DNA of 64,000 bases from Octopus vulgaris (lineage: Eukaryota), in the NCBI GenBank assembly GCA_951406725.2, contig OX597822.1, positions 3,286,001 through 3,350,000 of the forward strand, read 5' to 3'. This document shows positions 53,275-64,000 of this stretch, one piece after another. Numbering within the stretch: the first letter of the stretch is position 1; every line of letters starts with the position of its first letter. The notes beneath the pieces were generated by a model, which was given only the letters and a program-made list of their open reading frames with translations, made no database searches and was not told the origin of the DNA. The translations under genes and the position numbers were made by a program.

Positions 53275-54443
53275 CAGAGGTTGGACAGAATAATGGAAAC
53301 ACCTAGCATCATGGCATGATAATTTTGAAATATCTATAAAACCCTCAAAAGCTTGTTTATTTGTATGTTTTTTGATTTATTATTAGTGTTGCTTAATATG
53401 TTTGGCTAAAATTGCTGTTTATTTTCAGATATCATCAGAAAATTCATTCTAGAGGTCAAATTTTTGGTGATCGTATGGCAGGCGCTAGCGTAACAAAAAC
53501 AGCCGAAATGTTTGGTGTATCAAGAAGTACAGTCTCGAAAGTCTTTGAGTCAGAGGGTAAAACCTCCTCATCGGAATAAAACACCGGAAGAAAACCAGAA
53601 CTTTCAAATAGGGACCGGTGGACTCTTACGCGAATTGTTAGAAAGGATCACAAAAATTCAGCTCCCAAAATTACTGCAGACCTTAATGACCACCTCGAGA
53701 ATCCGGTTTCCACAAAATCTGTTCACCGGGAGCTGCACGAAGCCGGATTTCATGGAGGTCTGCAATCAGAAAACTACGACTTTCAAAAACAAACGTTGGA
53801 AATCGTTTAGAGTGGTGTAAAACCTAGAAAATTAGTCCCGAGAGCAGTGGAAGAATGTTATTTTCTTGGACGTTATTTTCTCCATCACCTTATTTCCGAC
53901 GACCGGCCAGGTATACGTGAGGCGATAGCCAAAATAAGCATTTGACCCAGACTGCATTCTTCCAGCTGTGTGAATTGGTGCATTATCATGTTTCCCTCCG
54001 GAAACAGTTCCGCAACCATAGGATGAATATGATCAAGTAAAATGCTTAACTAGTCTTGACTATTAATTCTGCCATGAAGGAAAACCATTGTACCGGCGCA
54101 TTTCCAGTTAAAGTTGTTACTGAATGGCACGAGGAACATTTTAGTGAAGTTGAACATCTTTTCTGGTCACCACAGTCCCCAGATCTCAATATTTTTTTAA
54201 CATCTATGGTGCATTTTACAAAAAAAAAGTAAGAAGTCGATATGCTCTACCATCATCACTACAAGAACTGGAGACTGTTTAAGCTGAAGAATGGACAAAA
54301 ATTTCATTGAAACTATCCATACTTTGTATGAGTCAATAGCTCGTAGAATTCCAACTGTAATTACTGCTAAAAGGCGGTCGTACCCCATATTAAAATAAAT
54401 TTGTTTGAAATTTTAATGTTTCTTTTATTTTGTCCAACCATTG
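53275..54443 (+). mobile_element. Tc1-family DNA transposon, degenerate transposase with an internal inversion
   Basis: TA-flanked TIRs cagaggttggacagaataatggaaac / gtttcttttattttgtccaaccattg; peptides MAGASVTKTAEMFGVSRSTVSKV, GRKPELSNRD, WSPQSPDLNI. Confidence 0.93.
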
Positions 54444-54493
54444 TATATATATTATATATACATCTATATATACGTATATGCCTATATGTATAG

Positions 54494-54529
<36 letters not shown>

Positions 54530-54530
<1 letters not shown>

Positions 54531-54958
54531 TAGCTGACGTACCCGAAACAAGTAGATATATTGTTTAGGAAAATAGTATTTATTTGTTTAAGGGTTGTAC
54601 TGGATAAATTTGCAAAAATAGCTCTAACAGTTCAAATATTAAGAAATAAGCATACTCAGTTTCACTTTATCAAATTATTAACGATAGTGAATGGGTTATT
54701 TCCCTTGGCTATATATAAGGACCACTTCCAGGTGCGAATGGGTTGTTTGACTTGGTTTATAAAATATAATATATCAGATATATATAAGGATCCTATCCAT
54801 GGGCCTTATTATCAATTTTTTCAGCAATCTGAGTATGACATGATGTTTCTAGACATGAGTTCTACCCACGTGTCAAGTTTCATCAAAATCGATAAAACAA
54901 TGTAGGAGGAATTAGCGAATAACACACACACACACAGAATTTCCCACATATGTAGTTT
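54530..54958 (-). mobile_element. Probable non-autonomous Helitron (another family)
   Basis: Minus-strand 3' end gggtacgtcagCTAG^t; 5' region with a (TG)n run typical of Helitron 5' ends. Confidence 0.6.
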
Positions 54959-54974
54959 AATATATATATATAAT

Positions 54975-55377
54975 TATTATTATTTGAGGGAATAAAATCC
55001 AAATTTACAAGGAAAAAAATTCAATTTAGAAATACTAAATCAAATTTCACACAATATAATATATATATATATAAAATTAGAAAAAAACCCACCTTTTATC
55101 AATTCAAAATGAATAATTAAATTACAACATCTAGAAAGTTACATATAATAGAAAAGTTAAAATTAAAATAACAATAAAATGTAAAGATTAAATAAATTGC
55201 AAAAATAATAATAAAGATGTATATAATAGGTAGAAAAACGATACGTGTTTCGCTGCTATGTTTAAGAAATGGTTATAGTAGGAGAGAAATCACTTCGATA
55301 TAAATATAGTCGCTCATCGGGTTAAAAATAAAATAGAACAATAAAATAATTAATTAATAAATATACTTTAAAAAAAG

Positions 55378-55380
<3 letters not shown>
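54975..55380 (-). mobile_element. Family P1 remnant with a hammerhead-like motif at 55238-55325
   Basis: Shares the P1 end with 17634-17745 and 46900-46970; minus strand CCGATGA-GCGACTATATTTA..TAAACATAGCAGC-GAAA-CACGTA. Confidence 0.55.
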
Positions 55381-55416
<36 letters not shown>

Positions 55417-55732
55417 GAAATCATAAATATACATAGGTGATAAAATCTCTACACTGGGAAGATCTGCCCCACCCTGAATACTCAGCAACATCAGATTCGT
55501 CCAGCAGTCTTGTTATCAAAGTCTTTCTGGTCGTAACCATCCCATCTATGATTGCTTATGAAATCATACGTCACCCAAAGTTCTTATTTTTGAAAAAGAT
55601 TTGATTGATTTTACTTCTATTTCTAACAGTGCGATAGACCATGTATGTTCCCGCTTTAGCAGATCTAAGATAACTCGGATTCCCTCAGTTTCTATGATTC
55701 TATATTTTTTCGGGTTCATATAATGTAACGCA

Positions 55733-56040
55733 GGTGGAGGCACATGGTCTAGTGGCTAGAGTAGCGGACTCGCGGTCGTGGGATCGCGGGTTCGAATCTC
55801 TGACCGAGCGATGTGTGTGTTTTTGAGCGAAACACCTAATCTCCACGCGGCTCCGACAGAAGGTAATGGTGAACTTCTGTTGACTCTTTCGCCACAAATT
55901 TCTCTCACTCTTTCCTTCTGCATCTTGCAGCTCACCTGCGACGGACCGGTGTCCCGTCCAGGTGAGGAACCTATACGACAATGAAACCGGGAGACCAGCC
56001 CTTATGAGCCAGGCATGGGTCGAGAAGGAACCAACAACAA
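55733..56040 (+). mobile_element. Full-length SINE family C, third tail type (C3), with 11-bp TSD
   Basis: TSD aatgtaacgca at 55722-55732 and 56041-56051; A box TGGTCTAGTGG, B box GGTTCGAATC; tail cctgcgacggaccggtgtcccgtccagg...(caa)n. Confidence 0.92.
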
Positions 56041-58960
56041 AATGTAACGCAACCTACTGGATGTAGATGCATAGTAATTTGGTGATCAAGTTTTTAAATG
56101 TATTTCCCGTGTAGCAGTTACAGTCGTCAGCACAGAACTATCTGATTTATGGACGAGGTGTGTCCTGCAGGACTGAAAACAAGACCTGTCAAAGAACGGT
56201 TGAGCTCACTGAAATCAAGAGCCATCCACACGAGTGGGGTCTCGTGAAACACAAACTTGCACGTGGGTTGGTTGTTAAACCATGCATCTGGTCCAAGACC
56301 ACGACTACCAAAACTACAATGAAAGACATTACTGTGGTTTTCAAATTGGAGTCGACGTTGACGAGTGATGCAGCGGAGAGCGGGAAGACAGCCATTGCGT
56401 TCATAGCTTTCATATTCGCATCCGAATATCTAAATTTCTTTCATCACGTGAGGTTTATTCACCATTTTGTACTTTATCGTTGACAAGACTTTTAATCTTT
56501 TGTATTTCTTTTTCTAATGTGTTATCACTGCTTCGTTCATGACTGAACATAATGCATGATATATTATTCAGCTGGATGTTGTTGCTTTACTTTATAATGC
56601 ATTCATCTATTTTGGTGTCAAATGCATTTGTTTTGTATAATCTATTTTATGTATGGGTTCTTTGTTTTACTCTTTGTTAAATCTATTGTATTTATTATTT
56701 TGAATTTTTTTCTCTTGTATTGTTGTCTAATTTAGATTTCTAAATTATTTGAATACTTCTTGGTAATTAGCATTTCTTTTATTTCATTAATGTATTTAGT
56801 TGTACAGAATCTGATGATTCTTCTGAGTATCTGATATTAAAACTGATATGCTCTTCGACGTTTCCTCTTTCCTTTTCTCTTTCTCTCTCAATCTCTCTCT
56901 CTCTCTCTCTCTATTTCAATCTCTCTTTCTCTATATATGTTTTACAAACTCTGTTTCTTTAACTGCGTTTGAGAAAACATGAAAGCATGTTATTTAATTT
57001 AATATCTTGCTCCATATTTTAAAGATGATAGCTAGGTATCTGAGAGTGATTTAGCTGTTATGTCTAAGAATTCAAATATCCTGATGGGAGCTACTTCTAT
57101 CAGAGTAGTAATACTGAATAAGAACAGTAATACTGTTGATATTCAGTAATATACTACAGAATGACAACTAAGCAACGAAGAGAGAGAGAGATAACTAGCT
57201 ACAAGCTACAACTTCTTGAATATGTCAAACATTTCGGCAAACGTTTATCTTTCCACCCCTCTTCAACACTCGTTAATCCTGCGAGGGCTGTAGTCGTAGA
57301 GTTCTCTAGGGTCTTATCAGAAGCAACCATTAGACCTTCTGGTTGAATTCTCGAACCTGACCAACTAAAACTATGGCTATTATTCAACAATCTCATTCTT
57401 GGTCTAACCATAAATCTCCTGCCAGTTACCTCGGCTTGTAGAGCCCGTCTTGATACTCTAAGCACATAGCCTTAGTACCAGAGCTGTGACCTTTCAATGC
57501 TGAGAAGTAGCGGTTCAACCTGGAGCAATACCCAGATCCCCGAGCTACACACTCTGTCGGGTAACATTCAAATGAACGATATGGGTAGTCCATTTATCCA
57601 ACAAAAACATGATTTGCGAATAGAGAAAACAAATGGAAGCTTCAAAGAAAACGGGACCTATTCTTCCATGTTATAATTAAATAAAATTATAATGAGTTTT
57701 AAAAATCTATATTCACAACCTGCAAAGTATAAGGTAAATTTTCTCAACAAATATAATAACGTGAAAGGCAAGGAAATTGGCGGAGAAATATAGTCTTAAA
57801 ACAAACGTTTCATGAAAATGAAAGGCTTAAATATCTGTATGAAAACTAGGATTGCATAAAAGCGGTCTGGAAAATACGAAGAAAAATTTCGGAGATTCAG
57901 TGTTATAACTGACAAGAAGGGAATAAACGATAAACGGAGATAGATAATTAATATGGTTGAATTGTTGTTAACATTGAAGATGTCTTCAAACAACTCTTGC
58001 TACATATGAAGATACAATCAGTAACTTAAAAACAACTTGGCATGAAAAGAAAAAACACCCTACTATACAATTGTTTTGACTTGTTGTGCAGATAACACAA
58101 GGTTTCTGATTTCGTAAATGCTTAAAAAAAAAGAATAATATACCAAAAAATTATCTCGCCTGGTGTTTTGTTCATATACATCAGAAGGGGTGGCTAGAGG
58201 GAGGCAGTATGAAATTAGTGTTGGAGAAAGTATGGCCATAACGCAGAGCTGACCTATTTCAGAAACAGTATTTCCAGCATGTGATAACAATTCCAATAGT
58301 AAAAAGGTGAAACGAAAAGTAAAATTCTTGAACAGTTATAAACTAAGCAGTCAATAATTAATCTCCGAATGTTTTCAGTTGCTGATGCAATCACTAGGCA
58401 TTTCAGGTAACAAGCCATTCAAATGTTGTATGCGAGAGGAGTGACAAAAGAGAAGGATTATTAGGAATTTAGTAAACTCAACAGAATGACTGGAATGAAC
58501 AACAAAGGAACAGGTATGTCAGAAAGGTAACTCATCACCGGCAACCGCGAGAGTAGAAAAACTTATAAAAAAACACAAAGCTCTCTTCCACTGACACTCG
58601 CATCCTCTCTCAGACTATACTGAGTGGAGTGGCAGTAGTGGAAAGTAGACACTACTTCTAGAGGCCTGAACGAATGTAGCGAACCTTGTAGACAGTTCAA
58701 AGTGAAAATGTCGATGTATTAAAATTGGTGAAGTTACAAATATTTTAATTTAAGTTAGATATCTTTACCAAATAAATATTTCATATGTTCAATATTATCG
58801 AAAAGCAGTTTCACCACAAATCTCAAAATCTGAGTTCGATATATCAGCCGAAACGCTCTCTATATCAGAGAACACGGGTGATATTTGCGAAGTGTGGGTG
58901 TTGTGAATTGATCATGTCTCAACGATTCTTGATCGATATCAATATGGCAAGAACGTATGA

Positions 58961-59230
58961 TGTTGTGTCTGGAGAGAGTCATTTTCTTTTTGTGCCTTAT
59001 TATTTAACACACTCACCGGTAAAATTGCCACTCATTTCCTTCTTTATTTTCCCAAAATTTTCGTTGCGTCTTGCAACCTTTTCAATACTTTTCAGTCAAA
59101 ACTATTGAAAAGGTTGCAAAACGCAACGAAAATTTTAGGAAAATAAAAATAAGAAATAAGTGGAAATTTTACCGGTGAGTGTGTTAAATAATAAGGCACA
59201 AAAAGAGAATGACTCTCCCCAGACACAACA
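58961..59230. repeat. Fold-back inverted repeat, arms about 127 bp
   Basis: tgttgtgtctgg...gcaaccttttcaata [15 nt] tattgaaaaggttgc...ccagacacaaca. Confidence 0.95.
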
Positions 59231-59689
59231 GAATGTGCTTCAACACACGAACTCATATAAAGCATCTTGCAAACCAAATCCAAGAACTTATGAGATGTAC
59301 CAGAATTCAAAATAACAAATCAAATTGGACTTAAAATGATTCCTACTGGTTCATAAACAACATTATCTTTTGTGTCGTAATGTACTTAATATTGTGATTT
59401 CTGTTGATGCTAATTCGTTTAGGAGAAGACTGACAGAGAGGACTTTTAAAGGAAAGTTTACCATGCATGATTTTACGTATGTCAGGTATTGTTTTGGACG
59501 TAGGTCATGCAGGAACGGTCTTATTCAATATGGCCTCCCATTTTTGTTATACTGGGATGTGATGAGACAGGGATTTGACAGCCATCACTGGCAGCCCTTT
59601 TATAATGGCTCACTCGGAGATTCTCATCTTGGTTCGATTTTAATTTCGTTAAGTGGATTTTATTCAATCTGCAATTTATCGTATTTGAA

Positions 59690-60650
59690 GAACATTAAAC
59701 TACCCCAGATATGGTTCACGAAATATTTTATCTCTACTACCGATAGCTTTCCAAATTATTCACTCTGAAGGTTTGTTTCATGCAGACAATGCTTCGGGGA
59801 GACGTGATATTTCTGCTGCTACACCATTCTGAAAGCTATTAAGAAAAGTATACATACACACTTACATACATAATCCATATGCATATGTGTATAAATACGT
59901 ACGTACATACATACATACACGTATACACTCATATATATGAAATATTCACTCTATAGATCAACAAACTATTTCTCGATCCTTAAGTTATCTCTTGATCACC
60001 AAACAAGCTACAGATAACCAAGCATCAGTAAATGATGAAAGTAAACTATCTGCATATCACCAACTCATTCTATTTACAAATAATCAAGCTGTTCTCTTTG
60101 TATATTTCCTAATTAGTCCATCTGTAGATCAAGAAAAAACTATCCCTGTATTAACAAATCCTTCAGTCTATCGATTACCAAACTATTCTAACGGTATCAC
60201 GACATTATTCCATTTGTAAACCTCGGAACTCTATCTCGAAATCACCGAATTATTCCCTCTGTACAGCATTAAACTATACAATATCCCAGTCACTAATAGA
60301 TCTTCGATCAAAAATTAACTTTACATTACTAGACATCTGTAGGTCATCAAAGTATTCTATATCTAGATCAGTGTATTATTCGATCTACATTTTACCAAGC
60401 TCTTCTCATTATAGATCGCCACGCAATGTTATATTAAGATCACCGAATTATTTGCAACGGTCCCATCCATTATGCCTATTGTTGCTTAAATCACGCTATC
60501 TCTGGATCACCAAGCCACTCAGTGTATAGGTAACTAAATTATTCTCAGGCCACAAAACTATTCTCTTCTATCTGAAGTTTACCAAGCTAATCTGCTGCTG
60601 ATCATTAAATTAGTCTACGAATCATGAGATCCATCTAAGAGTTGAATCAT
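59690..60650. repeat. Cryptic, highly degenerate minisatellite (about 20-25 bp, gatcaccaaattattc...tgta-like)
   Basis: Recurring gatcacc/accaa..tattc/tagatc motifs seen by eye. Confidence 0.55.
59764..59938 (+). repeat. Direct copy of 51623-51797
   Basis: tctgaaggtttgtttcatgcagacaatgcttcggggagacg...gtatacactcatatatat present at both sites with few differences. Confidence 0.95.
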
Positions 60651-62335
60651 TCTATTATCAAGTGACCAACTAGCTTTTGTGTACTTACTTTGGGTAGTTA
60701 AGTTGAAGTGCCAGAAGCCGGAAACGAAATCATATATCTTCATTCTAAAAACTGCTGCTTTATTAACTTAACGCCGGTATTCTAATGTAAATGAAAACAG
60801 GAAAAAGAAACAAGAAGAAGCTGTACAACAGTTTCTCTACAGAAAGCAGAATTTAGTTATTGCTATTTAAAATTGTTTCTCCACGGTGAAATAATGGCGA
60901 CTGAAGTAAAAACCATTGTTTTTGATGATTATCTCGAGGCCTTATTCTTTTTTGTTTCGTTTCAAGTGCTTTCAGAGATTGATTTCAACTAATGAATTCC
61001 TCTAAGCATACGCATTTCTCTACTACTCTATCTTTATTTCCTCTCATGCCATTCATAAGACTCTGCCTGTCTCTAAATAAGAGACAAGATTCTTGCATTT
61101 GTGGTTGAGACGACAATAACTTCAGTCCTATGATGAAGTTTTTGAATGTTTGCTCCTGGCTTATTGAATTTGGAAACTTTCTCTCAACCACTTTGTCTCT
61201 TCTTTAAAGATCAACTTATTGTGATTAATGACTGTGAGTTACATCTCGAAGAGACATAGATGGATAAGTATGATTAGAGTAATTGAATACTTGTTATATC
61301 AGCCTGTCGTCTCTGAAACAATTCCCTACTTGCATTGATAGCTATAACTTTACAAAAGTAACACATAGACATTTTGTCACACAACAGAGTTCACATGTAA
61401 ATATAGACAACAATAATTAATCTATTTAGTAAACGGTGTCTCTAAAATTCTGTATCAGTTTGCGTGGCATACATATAACCATGGAAATTGACTTCATGTA
61501 ACTGTAAACATATTTTCTACTTCAGCAAACAACAGATGTTAGAGGGATATTCATTTTGTTTGCTGACTAGGTATCTGTTTTTGCCGTAGTGCCATATATT
61601 CTAACAAACGCAATCAGTTAATCTTATTTTGTAAATGAAGTAAATAGTGTCTTGGAACTTGCAACTATCTCCTATGTTGGCTTTATTAATGTAGACTGGA
61701 ATATTCACTTTGACCTAATTTTATCTAACAAGAGTAATATGGCTGGCTTATAAGAGATTAACAGACGGTGAAAGGATAATGCAAATGCTTTCATATTACT
61801 CGCCACATCAACTTGCTTCTACTTTGCTTCCAACAATTTCTGTCATATTCGTCACGCAGCGATTCCCTACAGGCCGTTAGAAATATTAGATATGTCATAT
61901 ACATATCAGCAGTTAATCTACGGCTAATATACTAATCATATCGGACCATAGGAAGCAGAATTGATTAACTTCGTTGAAAACATTCCACTCTCTTTCTTTT
62001 TGCATTTATAACTTTGCTACTGTGCTGCATATATTCAGTGGCATTTGCATTCATTTAGGTTCTATAATAATAAAGGGCTATCGTATGTCTGTTACATGGC
62101 CCTCAGCCTATTGATACAGTCACAGAGATGTCGTCGTGACATGAGATGCAATTGGAACTAAGCGCAGACACACGGAGCAGTAACCAACCGCAAAATGTCT
62201 CAGCCAAGTGACAAACTATATGCATAGTTTCAATGGCTGATTCCTGCTATGGAGTCTTTGTTCGCAATCAATGTCTTCAAACTACAAAATCGTTAAAATA
62301 TCAAACATAATAATAAAAAACAATCACAGATTTGC

Positions 62336-62371
<36 letters not shown>

Positions 62372-62521
62372 GTGTCTGTGTTTTTGTCTGTGTGTGATTG
62401 TGTGTGTCTGTGTTTCAGTGACTGTGTGCGTGAGTTGTGTGTTTGTGTGCATGTGTATGAATGTGTATATGTATGTATGTATTTATTTATTATGTATGTA
62501 TGTATTTATTATGTATGCATG

Positions 62522-62580
<59 letters not shown>

Positions 62581-62894
62581 AGGTCTGAATTGTAGCGCAG
62601 CACGGGTCACTTATGGAGGCTATTGTATATCACGATCAATTAATGACCGCACGGGTCTATATTAAAATGCTGAGCCCCGAAATCCATCCACATCCGCATC
62701 CCGGAAATGTACCCCAAGTTGGTTCAGAAAGAAAACCTGTAAAGCCTGAGGACAGTTTACACCGACGAGGCGGAAGAAAAAGACCAAAGGAAGAAAAGGA
62801 GTGGACGGCGGCAGCAGTAGAAATAACAAATGTAGATCACTTCAACATCCAGTTCTATACCCATCGAGATTACCACTACCAACATCGTAATAGT

Positions 62895-63815
62895 GGTTTG
62901 AAATTTTGGCAGAGGGCCAGAAAATTCGAGGGAAGGAGTAAGTCTTTACATCGACTGCAGTATTCGATGGTATTTATTTTAGTAAGGCGGCGAGCTGGCA
63001 GAAACGTTAGCACGCCGGGCGAAATGCTTTGCGGTATTTCGTCTGCCATTACGTTCTGAGTTCAAATTCCGCCGAGGTCGACTTTGCCTTTCATCCTTTC
63101 GGGGTCGATAAATTAAGTACCAGTTACGCACTGGGGTCGATATAATCGACTCAATCCGTGTGTCTGTCCCCTCTGTGTGTCTTGTGGAAGGATTTTGAAC
63201 TCAGAACGTAAAGACGGACGAAATGCCGCTACGCATTTTTCCCGGCATGCACGTTGCCCTCACTGCATTTCGTAATATTGGTTTCAAGATGTCGCACAAG
63301 GCCATCAAGTTCAGGGAAAGGAACAAGTCTTTACTTCGACCCCAGTACTAGACTGGTACTTATTTCATCGAACCCCGAAACGAAGGTAGGCAATGTCGAC
63401 CTCGGCAGAATTTGAACTCAGATCGTAAAGACAAACGAAAATGCCGCTAAGCATTTTTTCCCGGTGTGCTAACGTTTCTTATTTCTTTACTGCCCACAAG
63501 GGGGTAAACACAGAGGGGACAAACAAGGACAGACAAACGGATTAAGTCGATTATATGTACCTCAGTGCGTAACTGGTACTTAATTTTTCGACCCCGAAAG
63601 GATGAAAGGCAAAGTCGACTTCGGCGGAATTTGAACTCAGAACGTAACGGCAGACGAAATACCGCTAAGAATTTCGCCCGGCGTGCTAACGATTCTGCCA
63701 GCTCGCCGCCTTAAAGACAATGTCAACATCGGCGGAATTTGAATTCAGAACGTAACGTCGTACGAAATGCCGCTAAGCATTTTGCCCGGCGTGCTAACGA
63801 TTCTGCCAGCTCGCT
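62895..63815. mobile_element. Cluster of about six SINE family A pieces in both orientations
   Basis: Plus-strand copy 62983-63180; minus-strand copies about 63190-63250, 63275-63475, 63476-63713 and 63715-63815. Confidence 0.9.
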
Positions 63816-64000
63816 GCTATAACTACATTCCCTAATATTACCAAAATTATCATGACACCAATACCACCACTACATTTATCTTCACTATCAATCTGAATCA
63901 GTATCATGCCCACCACTACAGATACTTCCAACAGCATCATCATCATCATGATCTTCACTAGTACCACCACTAATTACCAAAATTCTGACCGCTACTAACG

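Noticed and set aside
60985-62260. Possible very old RTE LINE remnant on the minus strand
   Set aside because: Only a vague C-terminal resemblance (LMNGMRG); no diagnostic RT motif recovered
62613-63059. 148-aa ORF
   Set aside because: Its 3' part runs through SINE A pieces; no domain or exon evidence

Overview
Gene-poor, AT-rich eukaryotic DNA packed with microsatellites and transposon remnants. The SINE families and repeat make-up suggest a cephalopod (probably Octopus) intron or intergenic region; this is inference, not a database result. I find no credible host protein-coding exon, and almost all long ORFs in the track are microsatellite artefacts. What the sequence supports: (i) about 35 copies of four tRNA-headed SINE families (called A-D here) with swappable 3' modules; (ii) R4/Dong-type (RLE) non-LTR retrotransposon fragments, most embedded in (AAT)n tracts, including a head-to-tail chain at 22.3-24.9 kb; (iii) RTE LINE fragments in (TA)n whose 3' end is homologous to the tail of one SINE subfamily; (iv) mariner, Tc1 and Helitron DNA elements; (v) six fold-back (inverted-repeat) structures; (vi) about seven dispersed minimal type-I hammerhead-ribozyme-like motifs with palindromic stem III, typical of Penelope-like elements. 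Several of these have non-canonical cores, including the compensatory U3-A8 variant and a U4C variant, and some sit right at fold-back axes. The hammerhead/fold-back set and the microsatellite-targeted retroelements are the best leads. All were read by eye, and ribozyme activity is untested.
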